Origin: Octopus vulgaris
Taxonomy: Eukaryota
Direction of reading: 5' to 3'
DNA: 64,000 bases
Assembly: GCA_951406725.2 (NCBI GenBank)
Contig: OX597816.1
Coordinates: forward strand, 179,056,001 to 179,120,000
Under the pieces are notes generated by a model. That model searched no databases, was not told the DNA's origin, and saw only the letters and a list, made by a program, of their open reading frames with translations. Every line of letters starts with the position of its first letter. The stretch's first letter is position 1. Positions 13,167 through 26,120 of the stretch are shown here, piece by piece. The position numbers and the translations under genes were made by a program.

Positions 13167-16100
13167 CACTTTTCTGTTTTACTTTATGATAAACATGTTG
13201 AGCCATATGAAAAGAACAGTGCAAATGAAGGGGACAGGCCTGAAGTGTAGATCCATCCAGCCATGCCCATATACAGAAACGAAAATTTAAATGGTGTGTA
13301 TGAAAGATAAACTTTTGATTAGTAACTGTTTAATGAATATCAATGAATATGGCCTATGAGTGGGGAGCCAGCACATCAGCATGGAGAATTGAGAGTCAAG
13401 GAGGGAGCAATCCAAGAACCCCACCCCCCACCAAAAAAAAACACCCTTTCGAAGTTGGAATGTATCACAAACACATTTACCTAACCTAAAGTTCACTTAT
13501 GCCTCATCACTGCTTGGTACTGACACTAGTGAATTCATCCCAACCAGGCAGTCCAATAACACAACTCAGTGCTGGTGACTGTGTTTTAGTTATAACTCTA
13601 TGGCTTTAAATCTGTCCAGAGTTACCCACTTTTTGGTATTTCTCATTGATAACAATGAAAGGGCTAGAAACACAGTGTCTGAGAATACAACAGGGGACAG
13701 CACTGGGCAGATATGGTGTTTAACACCTTTTTACCATAAGAGAGATTTTTTTCTCCATAAAGTGAATTTGCCTTTAGAAGCTGAAATGTGTCATAAACAT
13801 GTTTTAACTAACCTAAACTTTGCTTACACTGCTGAATATATGTATATATATATATATAAAGATTAAGCTAATTAAAAGGAAAGGTTCAATACTTTAAAAT
13901 GTAAAGCTTTTAATTATACACTGTGCACATACATGGGTCAGAGAAGTATATTAGAACAAGAATGTAACTATATATTTTTAGATTTTTTCAAACAACTTGC
14001 AGATGCAAGTGCAACCAGTTGAACGCTCCACATGCCTAGCAAGATTATGGGATCATCAGGAGTGAATGTGAGCTGTTTCGGGACCTATCTCTCAATGGTA
14101 TCACTGAACATTGGCCCCACCCCTCTGGACATGGTAATGCTTAGTAATTAGAAACTGATGTTATTGTTAAAGTTATCAGCAATATTCAGATGGCACTATC
14201 TGTTCCATAGGTTGGCTGTACTGTTAGAAGTCCTACATCAAGTATTGAACAGTATTCACAAATGACATCTGTGACAGATGTCAGTGTCTCTAGTCCTGGG
14301 TCGAGTTGAAGTAATTTCATTTTTCTAATAAGACAGCTGAGTCGTGAGTCAATAAAGTACCAAATAATTGTGAGGTTAATAGTTTGTAACTTATTATCAG
14401 ATACTGTCATACAAATATAGTTGACCTTAAAAACTTTTTGCTTATAATTTAAACAATAATAACCGCTTTCTGATTAATCAGCATTACCTTCATCTATGTA
14501 CTTAAAGTATATACAAGGAAAAATACACAGGAATACAAAAACTTAATTTAAATTACTGGTTCAAATTCTGAATTGCTTGTCTAAGTACTTTCTAGTCCAG
14601 TGACAAACCAGCTTTTTATGAGGTAAGCTATGGCAGTGATGTATAAGCTGATATAGACATATTTGTTGTTGTATAACCTTGACAATTAAAGATGAGTTGA
14701 AAATTAGAGAATGAAGTTTGTGAAAACTGAAACTGAAATTTGGCTTTAAAGCAATTAATTAAAAGCTGTAAATTAAACAAATAAAATAAAATAAGGAACA
14801 AAATTAAATTAAATTCATCTGAATTCTGAACAGAAAGTGGTTTGTCATGAATCAACCTTAGCTTTGAACTCCCTATTCAAGTAAAAGTGTCTTTTTATTC
14901 TGACCTGGTGAACTGACCTGGGCAGTGGATTTATAAAAACAAAAAATCAGAGCATAAAATGGTCTGTTGTTTTTCATTATGTGCTTTGATATTTGTCATT
15001 GTTCAAAGCTCAATAAAATAACAACTCAGTTGACCATACTCCTCTCTTACAAATGTCTTCTTCTTATGTTAGAAATCTATGCTATCTTGTAAAACAGACT
15101 TATTAAATATTTTCAAGTCAAGATGGTTGAACTGTGTTTTGAAACTTTACACCACATGCAAAATATTGAATCTCTTTCACAACTATTATTATTGGCTTGC
15201 GAAGGACAAACTGTTGTTCATATGTTGTTTGGTGCAATGACAAAGATATTAACTGATTACATTGCTGACCTTAGTTTATTTACATTGTTTATTTACAACC
15301 AACAGGATGATGATGACGAGGATACTTTTATAAGCATTAATTTTAAGATGATACCATTACAAACACACCACTATCATCACCTGTACAATCATCATGATTA
15401 CACCACCACCACCACCAAAACCATCAACACCACTAGTAATATAAGAAGTGTAGTAAATGATCTGGTAGAAATAAGAGGAAATGTCTACAGCATTTAGTTT
15501 CATCCCAATGTATTAGGAGTTCATATCCTACCAAAATTTACTTTGTCACATCCTGAAGTTGTATTGCATGTTTGAAGAACATGTGGCAGAAAACAATAGT
15601 TAACATTGCCCTTCATCTTTGAGCATTTTAGCATTGTAATATGGTGGCCAGTTCATACCTATTTTCATGCTCCTTCACATTCCATCAGTACAGGTTGTAG
15701 CTAGTGTTCAATACAAACTCTGACCCAAATATTTTACCTGCCTTTTGTTGAAGCTGACCAAATACAGACTCTCACATTCACCCTACAATGTTAATCTAAG
15801 AATAAACATTCACAGCCTCAAAATCTCGAAGTTTACAAGATAATACACGATTAATTTTAAAAAAATGTGAATAGGCAAAAATTATATTTGACAGAGTAAA
15901 CTGAATGCGAAAGGGTTAAGGAGTTGATAAAGTAAAGTACCAGTCAAGTACTAGGAGTTGATGTAATCTACTAAATCCCAACTGCTAAAATAAGAAACAA
16001 TTGTTATTATTACCATCATTAAGGGAAAGCAGAGAACTGAGAGAATTGTTAGCATGCCGAGCCATATGCTAAGAGGCACTTTGTCTATCTCTACATTCTG

Positions 16101-16269
16101 AATTCAAATTCTGTCACGGTCAACTTAGCTTTTCATCCTTTCTGGGTTGATAAAATAAGTACCAGCTGAATACAGGGGGTCAATGTAATCAAGTTACCTT
16201 TCCCCACAAATTGCTGATCTTGTGTCAAAATTTGAAAGGATCATCATCTTATAATAATTCTGCTTATTA

Positions 16270-16465
16270 TGTTATATAGCCTGTCAATAACACTTTCACA
16301 TGATTAGAGAAAAAGAGGAAGAAAGAAAAGAGGGAGAGAAAACCGTCCATGATGTGAGGTAGAGGGAATGTAATTGTAAGGCTTTCACATGATTCGTTGA
16401 AGGGAACGAGAGAACCAGAGAAAGATAAAGGAGAAAGAAAAAGAGGATAAGGCAAAGAGTGAGTC

Positions 16466-16496
<31 letters not shown>

Positions 16497-16657
16497 AGCA
16501 TCCATGACATGTGGTAGGGAGAAAGTAATATTTATTACATGGTTAAAAAAGTTAGTTGAAGGTAGTGATATAGAGGAGAGTTAGGAATATAATTTTAGCA
16601 GAGGGGTAATGTTCTGATGGTGAGATTAAAGAAAGGAAGAGAGAGAGGGAGAAAGAA

Positions 16658-16688
<31 letters not shown>

Positions 16689-17587
16689 GAGGGAGAGAGA
16701 GAGAGAGGGAGAGAGAAAGAGAGAGGGAGAGAGAGAGAGAGGGGGAGAGATGATTGCGGTGGTGGTGGAGGTGGCAATGGTGAGAGCATAGTGAAAAGTA
16801 ATTTTTTCCAAAAGCTGCACTAGGGTATTTTTATATCACCTACCACTTAATGCATGTGCATCCCAGTTTCCCGTTTGCCTGTCATATGCAATGACTATCA
16901 ATAAATCAGAAAGGAAGACATTTGATAAAGTGGGGATGTTCTTGCCTGAACGTGTATTCGGCCATGGTCAGCTATATGTTGCATTCTCAAGGGCTCACAA
17001 ATTATCTGATGTGAGAGTTAAAGTTATCATCACTGACAAACAAGGGAAAAGAAGAGAGAGAACTTACACGAAGAACATTGTCTGCAAAGAAGGATTGGAT
17101 TGAAAGCTGTATGCAAATTAAAATGTGTATTGGCTCCGACCCATTGCCTTGGCTTATAAGTTACCAATGCTGTCCTTTTCAGAGTATGCCACCTGCATCA
17201 AATTTTTACCCCCGTGAAATTGTGACCCCCATATTTTACATATAAAATAATTTTTCTTACTATAAAATTTTTGTTTTCTAGATATAAAATTGTGACCAAG
17301 TAAATTTTAAAATGTAATTTTTTCTGTTTATGGGGGGAAAAGGAAAAATAAGGGTAAATATTTATTTAATGAGTGCTGTGTATAAAGTTTATAAAATTGT
17401 GCATAAAGTATATATATGTATATATAAAGTGCATTAAGCAATCATTGTATTCCAATTTCCTTCACTTTTCAATGAATAGCAGATGAGCGACTATCAGGCT
17501 ACACTTTTAAGCTTTTTGGATAAAGTTTCCAGGAATAACCCAATAAGTTTACAATTAATTCCGTGAAATATTCACAGGTCCCACTAA
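16270..17587 (+). mobile_element. Non-autonomous Helitron derivative carrying the helicase fragment
   Basis: Contains the Pif1 fragment, a subterminal hairpin CCGTGAAatatTCACAGG (17561-17578) and then CTAA (CTRR 3' end). The GA-rich 5' part resembles 27340-27780. The 5' boundary is approximate. Confidence 0.65.
16864..17103 (+). pseudogene. Helitron Rep/Hel (Pif1-family helicase) C-terminal fragment
   Basis: QFPVCLSYAMTINKSERKTFDKVGMFLPERVFGHGQLYVAFSR...TKNIVCKE corresponds to Pif1 helicase motifs V/VI. Truncated, and motif V (normally KSQGQT) is decayed. Confidence 0.9.
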
Positions 17588-17619
17588 TTATTATCATTAT
17601 TGTCATTATTATTGTTATT

Positions 17620-18045
17620 AAGGCAGTAAGTTGGCAGAATTGTTAGCAAACTGGACAAAATGCTTAAAGGTATTTCATCCATCTTTATGCTCTGAGTTCA
17701 ATTTCCACCAAGGTCAAGTTTACCTTTCATCTTTTTGGGGTTAATAAAATATGTATCAGTCAAGTACTGGGATCAATGTAATCGACTATACCCCTCACAC
17801 CAAAATTCCAGGCCTTATGCCTATAGTAGAAATTATCATTATTATTATTATTATTGCTAAGGCAGTGAGGTGGTAAAATCATTAGCACACCAGGTGAAAT
17901 GCTTAGCGGTATTTCCCATCAAGGTTGACTTTGCTTTTCATCCTTTCGGGATTGATGAAATAAGTAGCAGTGAAAAACTGGGGTCAATGTAATCGACTGG
18001 TCTCCTTTCCCCAAATTTCAGGCCTTGTGCCTTTAGTAGAAAGGA
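17620..18045 (+). mobile_element. Two tandem copies of a SINE family (ggcagaa...gagttcaaattcc...gcctttcatcctttcgggg...)
   Basis: Same family as 38117-38340; copies are separated by (TTA)n tails. Confidence 0.75.
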
Positions 18046-18802
18046 TTATTATTATTGTTGTGGATTAGCAGAATCATTTGAGAATCAGAAAAAATGTTTT
18101 GCTGTAATTTCTCTAGTTCTTTATATTCTGAGTTCGAATCCCATCAAAGTCAACTTTGCCTTTCATCTTGGGCTCAACAGTATCAGTCAACTCCTTTCCC
18201 TCAAAACTGTTGGTCTTGTAGTCATATCTGGCCCAAATATTGTACCTGTTTTATGTTCAAACTGGCTCACGTTCAGCTTAGCACACCTACCATACAATGT
18301 CATTGTAAAAATCAAACAATCACATCACTGAAATCTGGAAGCTACAAGACAATGCACGATTCATTTAAAACAATGTGAATAAAGAAACATTACATTTGAC
18401 AGAGTAATCTGAATGCTAAAGGGTTAAATCAGAATCATCATTATTATAAGTAGCAAGCCAGTCTTCATGTTCTCAATGATAATTCTATAATAACTGTACC
18501 AATCATAATTATTACTTCAGTCACTTGTACCCACACTAGTATTCACCATGCAGGCTATTTTTGAATAGCTATCATCCATTGTAATACCATTTTCATGCCC
18601 AGTCACATTCCATCAGTACAGGTGGTAGCTAGTGTTCAATACAAAATCTGCAGTCACCAACCAAAGCAGCTCCACCAGGCCAAGCGTTGGGGATGAGGGG
18701 TAAGGTGAGAAACGAATTGAAAGCAATAAAAATAAAGGTGTCTGGCAAATGTTGACATGCATGACCAAACTAGTTCTGTATATAGAGGACAGCACCTTGT
18801 TA

Positions 18803-19203
18803 TAGGTGTGGCTCTGTAGTAAGAAGCTTGCTTCCCAACCACAAGGTTCCCAATTCAGTCCCACTGTATGGCACCTTGGGAAAGTGCCTTCAACTACGGC
18901 CTCAGGCCAACCAAAGCCTTGTGAGTGGATTTGGCAGATGGAAACTGAAAGAAGCCCATTGTGTATATGTGTGTATCTTTTAGTCTGTGTTTGTTCTCCA
19001 CCACCACTTGACAGCCGGTGTTGGTGTGTTTACATTCCTGTAACTTAATTGGTTCGGCAAAAGAGACCAACAGAAAAAGTATGAGGCTTTAAAAAATAAG
19101 AACTGGAGTCAATTCATTCAACTAAAAGTAAAAGAAAAAGATCTCCAAGGCAGTGCCCCAGCATGGCCACAGTCCAATGGCTGACACAAATAAAAGATAA
19201 AAG
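18803..19203 (+). mobile_element. tRNA-derived SINE (octopus-type)
   Basis: A-box-like tggctctgtag and B-box-like ttcagtccc; body ccaaagccttgtgagtggatttgg...gaaactgaaagaagccc is shared with 38901-39308. Confidence 0.8.
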
Positions 19204-20107
19204 ACTACACTGCCTCACACAGTTGGTGCGATGCATGTGTATATTCTTCTCAGATACAAATTGCTAAATAGTTTGATACAACACTGATTATCCGTCCATA
19301 AGCAGCAAGTTTCACAGCCATGAAAGGAAAATTAAGCACACCATGTTCTGTGCACAGAACATGGAGAACTATGTGTAACACTTCTTCTCCTTAAGTGCAG
19401 TGTCAGTTGCAGAAAGGAAACAAGAATTAAGTTGATAAACCCTGGTTTATATAGAAATCCATTTCTTCACCAAATATATGGACTATAACAGCTTATGGTT
19501 GCAGCTGATGACCACACTCATGATGCTTTGATTCTTAAAGAATCTTACCTTTGAATAATTTTCTCAAAGTGAATTTTGAGAAACTTATTTAGAGCAAAAT
19601 AAAGCAAGAAGGCTCTTAGAAAAGAACGGAAATTAACAGAAAGAAACTTAAAGGTAACAAAATAACAGTAACAAAGACATGCAGTCCTTTGTATAGAACC
19701 TGATAAAGCAAATAAATTTAGTAGTTTTACAATAAGCACTGAAATTAATTGTTAAAATAGGTCAGAATGGAAGAAAATGTTAGAAAAAAAGCATGAAACT
19801 GAAACCAAATGAAACATGGCAGGCATCTCACCAAAATTGACTGAAGGCATACTAGTATCAAAACTCAGTACAATGTTTAGTAGCACCATTGGAAGATTGG
19901 AGATACCTGAAAAACATGGATATTTAGTTTACCTCAGTACTGCATCACACAGGATTAGTGGAGATGTAGACTGATTGCGCAGCTAGCCTGCTATGTGTAT
20001 GTATGTATATAAATATATATACACACACACACACACATATATACATGCATGCACATGCACACATATATACACACATGCATGATCTCACACACACACATAT
20101 ATATTTT

Positions 20108-21430
20108 AGGGGTGCCAAAAATTAATGTTACAAAACATGTAATGAGTTCAAATCAGCAAGAAACATATAAAAATATTTATTTATTCAAAATATAATCACC
20201 ACCATTAGCAATATTTTCCCACCTTGAAACCACTTTTCTGGTTCCTCAGGTAAAAAATATCAGGTTCTTTAGAAGACGGAGATGTTTGGAGAGCTGTTTT
20301 GACAGTGTTCCACCTTCTGAGTCTTTCTCCACTGATAAAGAACTCAAGAGACCTGAATCAGTGAAAATCTGATGGTGCTTGGTTTGATGAGTAGCAAGTG
20401 TCAAGCAGTGCTTTCCAGCTCAATAAATTTATCTTTCCTTTGTTATCTTCACTGCATTATCATGTTGCAGGATGATTCCCTTTCCGTTGACAAGTCTTGG
20501 TTGGTTTTTGAGCAAAACTTGATTGACATGTTCAAGTTGATGACAAAATAGTTCTGTGGATATACTTTCCTTTGTTCCAATAATTCAAAGGAACAATATT
20601 TATTGTATTCCACCAAACACACAGCAAAATCTTCTTTGAGTGTAGATCTCATATGAGTGTTGGAACTGGATTTTCGTATGGCAAAAGCCACTGCTTCTTA
20701 TGTTTATTGTTGGCACTGACTATCCATTTCTTATGACCTGTAACAATTTCATTAAGAAATGAGGTTTCTTCATTTCTGATTAGTAAATTGCTGAACACAC
20801 TGCTTTATTCTCAGAAGACAGCTTTTGAACTCACTTCCCCTCTCTAAACACTTTCCCAATCTATATGCAATGATCTTGCACAGTGGACCATGGCTTTTTG
20901 ACTTCCATGATAAGTCTCCAATAGTTTAACATGGACCCTATTCAATTGCTACTTGCTTGAAAATAAGACATTACTTTTTTGCAACTCTAAATACACACAC
21001 ACACACACATGTACATACACACATACATATATACACACACATCCATGCATACACACACATGTATACACACACACACAAAAGCAGAGTAGCCAGTTAGAAA
21101 ACCTCTATAATCTATGGGACAGCCATATAGAAGTGGTGATAAACATTACAAGTCATTCAATCCAGCTGTCTCAATTGAGTAATGCGGCATGAATGTCCAG
21201 TTTGGATTGAAGTCACTTTAGTCTTTGGCTGGCTGAAATATCTCATCTGTGCATGCCACAACTACAGATCTTGGCAGTATTTTGCTAACTGAACTAGTTG
21301 ATCTTGATCATCAATGGTTTGTCTGTTTATTTGCTCAGCATCTGTTAGTGTTCACCATGGATGAACTCAAAGTGATCACACAGACTTAGTTGATTTAACT
21401 AAATTTTCTGTTTGAACATTGGATTGTGAA
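20108..21430 (-). mobile_element. Degenerate mariner transposon remnant, interrupted by a (CA)n block
   Basis: Minus strand at about 20360-20400 reads YSSNQAPSDFH, matching the mariner YSPDLAPSD motif; multiple stops. Boundaries are approximate. Confidence 0.55.
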
Positions 21431-21949
21431 TGTCATAATCGTTTCTGTTGTTGGCTCAAAGCCTGACATTTTAAGGGAGAGGAACCGGTCGATTGCATCA
21501 ACATCAGTGCTTAAGTGGTACTTGTTTTAATGGGTCCAAAAGGATGAAAAGCTTAGTCAACTTTGACAGAATTTGAGTTTGGAATGTAAACACAAGCCAA
21601 AGCCACTAATATCGTGTCTGGTGTGCAAACAATTTTGCCAGCTTGCCACCTTAGATTGTTAATGTCATAACGCAATGAAAACTTGTTTACATTCAATATT
21701 CTTTTATTGTTTCAGACACATCATGAATATCACTAATGATTATATGATCCTAGTCTTGCAGGCTCATGAGTGGTGGTGTCTTATAAAAGCACCTGTACCA
21801 GTGCCACATAAAAGTACCTGTAGAACTAGTAACAACAAGGCACACATATCGTCATCATCATCATCATCATTTAACATATATATATATATATAATCTTGGA
21901 AGATGAGTTACACCTACCAGCCTGAACACCATCTTATCAAGTATGCACA

Positions 21950-22560
21950 ATGCCCAAAACAATTGACCATGTAATCATAGACCTCTGCAGAATGCATTGT
22001 ACATCCTCTATGACTGCCAACTTACAGGACTGAATGGACTTACAAAATATAATTAGATACTTTAGCACTGTTTGGTGAATACTATGAACTTATTTGCAGT
22101 GGGCAACACTTGGTGATGTGGAGAATGGGCAAGAGAGGTTTAGCAATTGCAGCTCTCTGATAGTATCCAGCTTTATGGAGCACATGATGAACAGTCTTGG
22201 TTGACACAGGGTTGGTAAGGGGGAGGGGTGGTTTAGCTCTGATGTCAATGTTGTTACTGTAGTTTGATGATTTTTAGATACAATACGTTCCCCCTCAATG
22301 AACTTTGACTTCCGTCAAGTGTTATGCTTGCTAGGGCTGGGTTTTACCTTGGTTTTGGAATGTCAACATGATTTTAAAGACTGTACTTCTTGAAGCATTA
22401 AATAATGCAGCAGTCTTAGAGACTAAAGCTCCAGCCATTCACTTTCCAACAATTTGTCCTCTTTGGAAAACAGATAGGTCATGCATTTTAACTTATCTAA
22501 ATTAAAACATCTGCTGACTTTCATTTTACTGTCTGCACCTTAGAGAACATCAATACATGG
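21950..22560 (-). mobile_element. Degenerate Tc1-like transposon remnant
   Basis: Minus strand from about 22486 reads MHDLSVFQRGQIVG, a Tc1-type transposase N-terminus; decayed downstream. Confidence 0.55.
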
Positions 22561-22619
22561 ATGCACACAGACATGCAAGCATATACACAGTCACACACAT
22601 ACGTATGTGGGATGTGCAA

Positions 22620-23110
22620 AACAAACTGAAGAATATCAACCACATTACTGCCAACTAAGAGAGAATGTCTTCTAGATATTATCTTCCAATGGGGCATCAT
22701 GTGGTGGTGAGAAAAGTCTGGAACAGAAGCACCAATGGATTAAGTACACTATATTGCAATTGATGGGTCAACACATAGGTTGAACTTAATTAAAGCAACA
22801 AGCCAGATATTGTGTAGGACCACAAGAAAAATATATGCTCCGTGAAGAAATCATCTGCCCTCTGGACACCAAAGTGGTTAGAAAAATACAAAGGATGTAT
22901 AGACTGTTGATAAGGAGTTTGCAAATCCAGTACCCAAGAGACATTTTCAGTTTTATACCTATTATTATTGGAACAAAAGGATGTGTACCAAAGTTTGGCT
23001 GAACTAGGATTCTAAGGGAAAGAATGCAACCCCTTAATTCATACCATACAACTCATCATGATATTTAGGATAATAAAAATCTGCAAGACAGTCTTAGAGT
23101 TTAAAGGATG
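22620..23110 (+). mobile_element. Degenerate 3' fragment of a restriction-like-endonuclease LINE (R4/Dong-like)
   Basis: Frameshifted remnants KPDIV (~22800), FIPIIIGTKG (~22952) and IIKICKTVL (~23070). Confidence 0.55.
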
Positions 23111-24019
23111 ATGAACAAGAAGGTAGAATGCCAAAATTAACTCTTAAAGAAAAAAAAAGACACACATATATTGCGTAAAGATATGTTTATCTCCCACATC
23201 ATCATCATCATCATTTAATGTCCATTTTCTATGCTAGCACAAGCTAGACAGTTCAACGTGGTCCAAATAGTTGAAAGACTGATTTATGCTTGGCCATGCA
23301 TTTCTACAAATGGATGCCCTTCCTAACACCACCAACTTTACAGAGGTTATTAAGTGCTCTTTTCAAGGTTACCAGCACTAGTGAGATCACCTTGCAAGTT
23401 GCAAAACTAAAGGGCCTCATGAGGCTCCTACAACTGAAAGAGAGTGGGAGAAAGACAGAATAATGATTTTAGACAAGGAAATGAGAGATGGTAAAGTATG
23501 ATGGGAAGAATAAGTTTATAGCTGTGTGAGGCAGAAGTAGTAGGGCAGAAGAAGTGATTATTGGGGAGTGGGTATTGGTTGAACTGGAGAAAGAAAAGGG
23601 ATTAGTGGAAGGTGTGGAGGAAAGAAATGTAAAAGAGAGAGAGAGAACAGAGAAGAGTGGTGAGGTTCCATAGTCACCGAATGAAAGAGGGGTGGGGGTC
23701 ATGGAGCGATTCTTTTACAGGAATAATGTTGACAGCGATTTCAAAGTTTTGACTTGCTTAGCCTTCATCAGACTAAATATGTTTTCTACAAAATGTATGA
23801 AGTAATCCTTCAGTTTAATGTAAAATTGTTTTTATTATAACTTGACATATAAAACAAACATTAATGTGTGTGTGTATCTGGTTGGAGTTTCCCATCTTCA
23901 ACTGATCTAAAGAGTCGTTAATTCCAGAGACAGAAAGCAGGACTTCAACTCAAAACCAAACAGAACAGGAATAAACATCACAAGATATTCTGTATGATGT
24001 TCTAACGCAGTTCTATGTT

Positions 24020-24180
24020 TAAGAGATGAGGAATTATGTACATTATTTACAATTGATGGATATTTGTCCTCATCTTGTTTGTTGTTAACACATTTCGACT
24101 GATATACCCTCCAGCCTTCACCAGGTGCCTTGGGGAAATTTCAGACCTGAGTTCTCATTCCGTCAATTGTAAATAATGTA
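24020..24180 (-). mobile_element. Penelope-like pseudo-LTR fragment with a decayed hammerhead motif and a 22-bp inverted repeat
   Basis: Minus strand ggcac-CTGGTGA-AGGCTG-gagggtatat-CAGTC-GAAAT-gtgtt; 24039-24060 versus 24159-24180 are inverted, 21/22 identical. Confidence 0.55.
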
Positions 24181-24792
24181 AATGATGTTCTAGTGATCCC
24201 ACTAATCTACTGCCTTGAGCTGGTATTTTGTTTACTGACCCCAAAATGTAAAAAAAAAACAAAGTTGACTTTGACAAATCAAACTCAGACTATAGTAAGT
24301 AAGTTGAGCACTGATCTGATTATTCTGTGAATTCACTCCCTAGAGTGTGTACATAAACAGTAAAATTGTAACATATCTCACTTAGCAGTCTATAATCATT
24401 TAACTGCTAAAAGAAACAATTATGTCTGGAGATGATATAGAATATCATTATGTATTTATTTCATTTTATTTTGAGGTCTCTTCATTTAAGCTGTACTTGT
24501 ATAGCGTAATTACATTGCTTTAAACATGATTGCTTTTCACTTTCACAGCTCTCTGTAATTGCTTTTGGAAAAGAAATATTTTTGTTCTGAAAGCAAAGTA
24601 TTTATTCTTATAATCAAGTCTGTATGTCGTGTGTGTGTGTGTGTGTGTGTGCGTAATTGAAATGAGAATTCCACTCCCAGAAGCACTCATTAAACACTTA
24701 GTTGTCAGGCAGTGCCCCATAGATAGCCAGTTAATTTAGTGCTTGTGTATATGAAGGGGGAATTGGTAGCTGCGATATCCACATTTAAGATT

Positions 24793-26120
24793 CATCATCA
24801 TTTAACATCCATTTGTCCATGCTGGCATTGGTTGGACAGTTTGACCAGAGCTGGCAAGCTGGGGAGCTGCACCAGACCCCAGTCTGCTTTGGCAGGGTTT
24901 CTATGGCAGGATGCTCTCCCTAACACCAACCACTCTACAGAGTGTGCTGGCTGCTTTCACATGCTTTTCATGTGACACCACATGAGCACTTTTATGTAAC
25001 ACTGCACAAATGCTTTTACATGGCACCACACAGGTGGCATCACACTGGCACATTTACAGGACACTGCATGTGTGCTTTTACATGGCACCACACAGGTGCT
25101 TTTATATGGCACTGCATGAATACTTTTATGTGGTGCTGCCACGAGTGCTTTACACCACCAGAGGGACTGGTCTTAACACTTCTGCTGTGAAGTATGAGTT
25201 TTCTTGGTACAGCAAGGTGCCAGGCTTTTTGGCCTTTCATTATCTGAAAGGTTCAGCATCTTGAGGTTGTTCTTCAGTACTTCAGCCCATGTCTTCCTGG
25301 GTCTCCCACTTCCATCTACTTTGAGAGATTGGCACTTCTTTATGGAGCTGTTGGCATCCATCCACACCACATGACCAAACTAGCAATCTGTTGAACATGT
25401 ATACTTACATTACACATCCAGTGGAGAATACTAGCCTCATTCCTTTCTAAGCTTTGCATGTCCTCTGCATCCAGGACCCACATCTCGCTACCATGTAGGA
25501 TTGCTGTCTGTACACATGCATCATACTGTCTTCTTTTCACTTGGAGAAAGAAACCTTTCATGGCCAAGATAGGTAACAGCTCTCTAAGTTTCCTCTTTCT
25601 ATTCTTGCTATCACACTCTCTGTGCATCCTCCTCACTACTAATTTGGTTCCCAAGGTAGAAGAAATTATCTACTACCTCTAATGAGCCACCAGGACATCT
25701 GAGAGAATCAATTTCCTGAGCCTCTAAAGATTTTATGGATCCTTTGCAGCTTCCAGATACAAATATTAGCTTCCCTGATAATCTTCCTATTAATTCACTG
25801 CACCTCTTGTGTGTCTATAGCTTACACTGGGTACACCATATGGAGTTCCTGTCTACATCTTTCCCACAAACCAAACAGGTCCACCTACCTGAGGTGGGTA
25901 GGGTCCTGTCAGTTTTCTTGTTTACTAGGATCTTAGCCTTTGCTAAGTTAACCTTAAGGCCCTTAAATTCCAGGTTTTGCTTCCACACCTGGAATTTCTC
26001 TCTATATAGAATCTGCTGAGGGCAAGATCATCAGCATATAGCAGTTCTCATGGCCTGTTATGGCCTGGAGGACAATGATGAAAAGGAATGGACTAAAGAC
26101 TGAGCCTTGATAAACTTCTA
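24793..26120 (-). mobile_element. RTE-clade LINE 3' fragment (degenerate RT) with 3' UTR and (CAT)n tail
   Basis: Minus-strand remnants LLYADDLAL (~26045), GLKVNLAK, YDACVQTAILHGSEMW and GRPRKTW; the 3' UTR carries ~24-bp tandem repeats at 24945-25160. Confidence 0.85.

Noticed and set aside
19549-19699. Possible cassette exon (ttatcag|GTTCT...CAAAG|gtaag) in the 21-kb intron
   Set aside because: At 151 nt it would frameshift exon 6, the pyrimidine tract is weak and there is no DHHC similarity. It could only be a poison exon, which is unsupported without RNA data.
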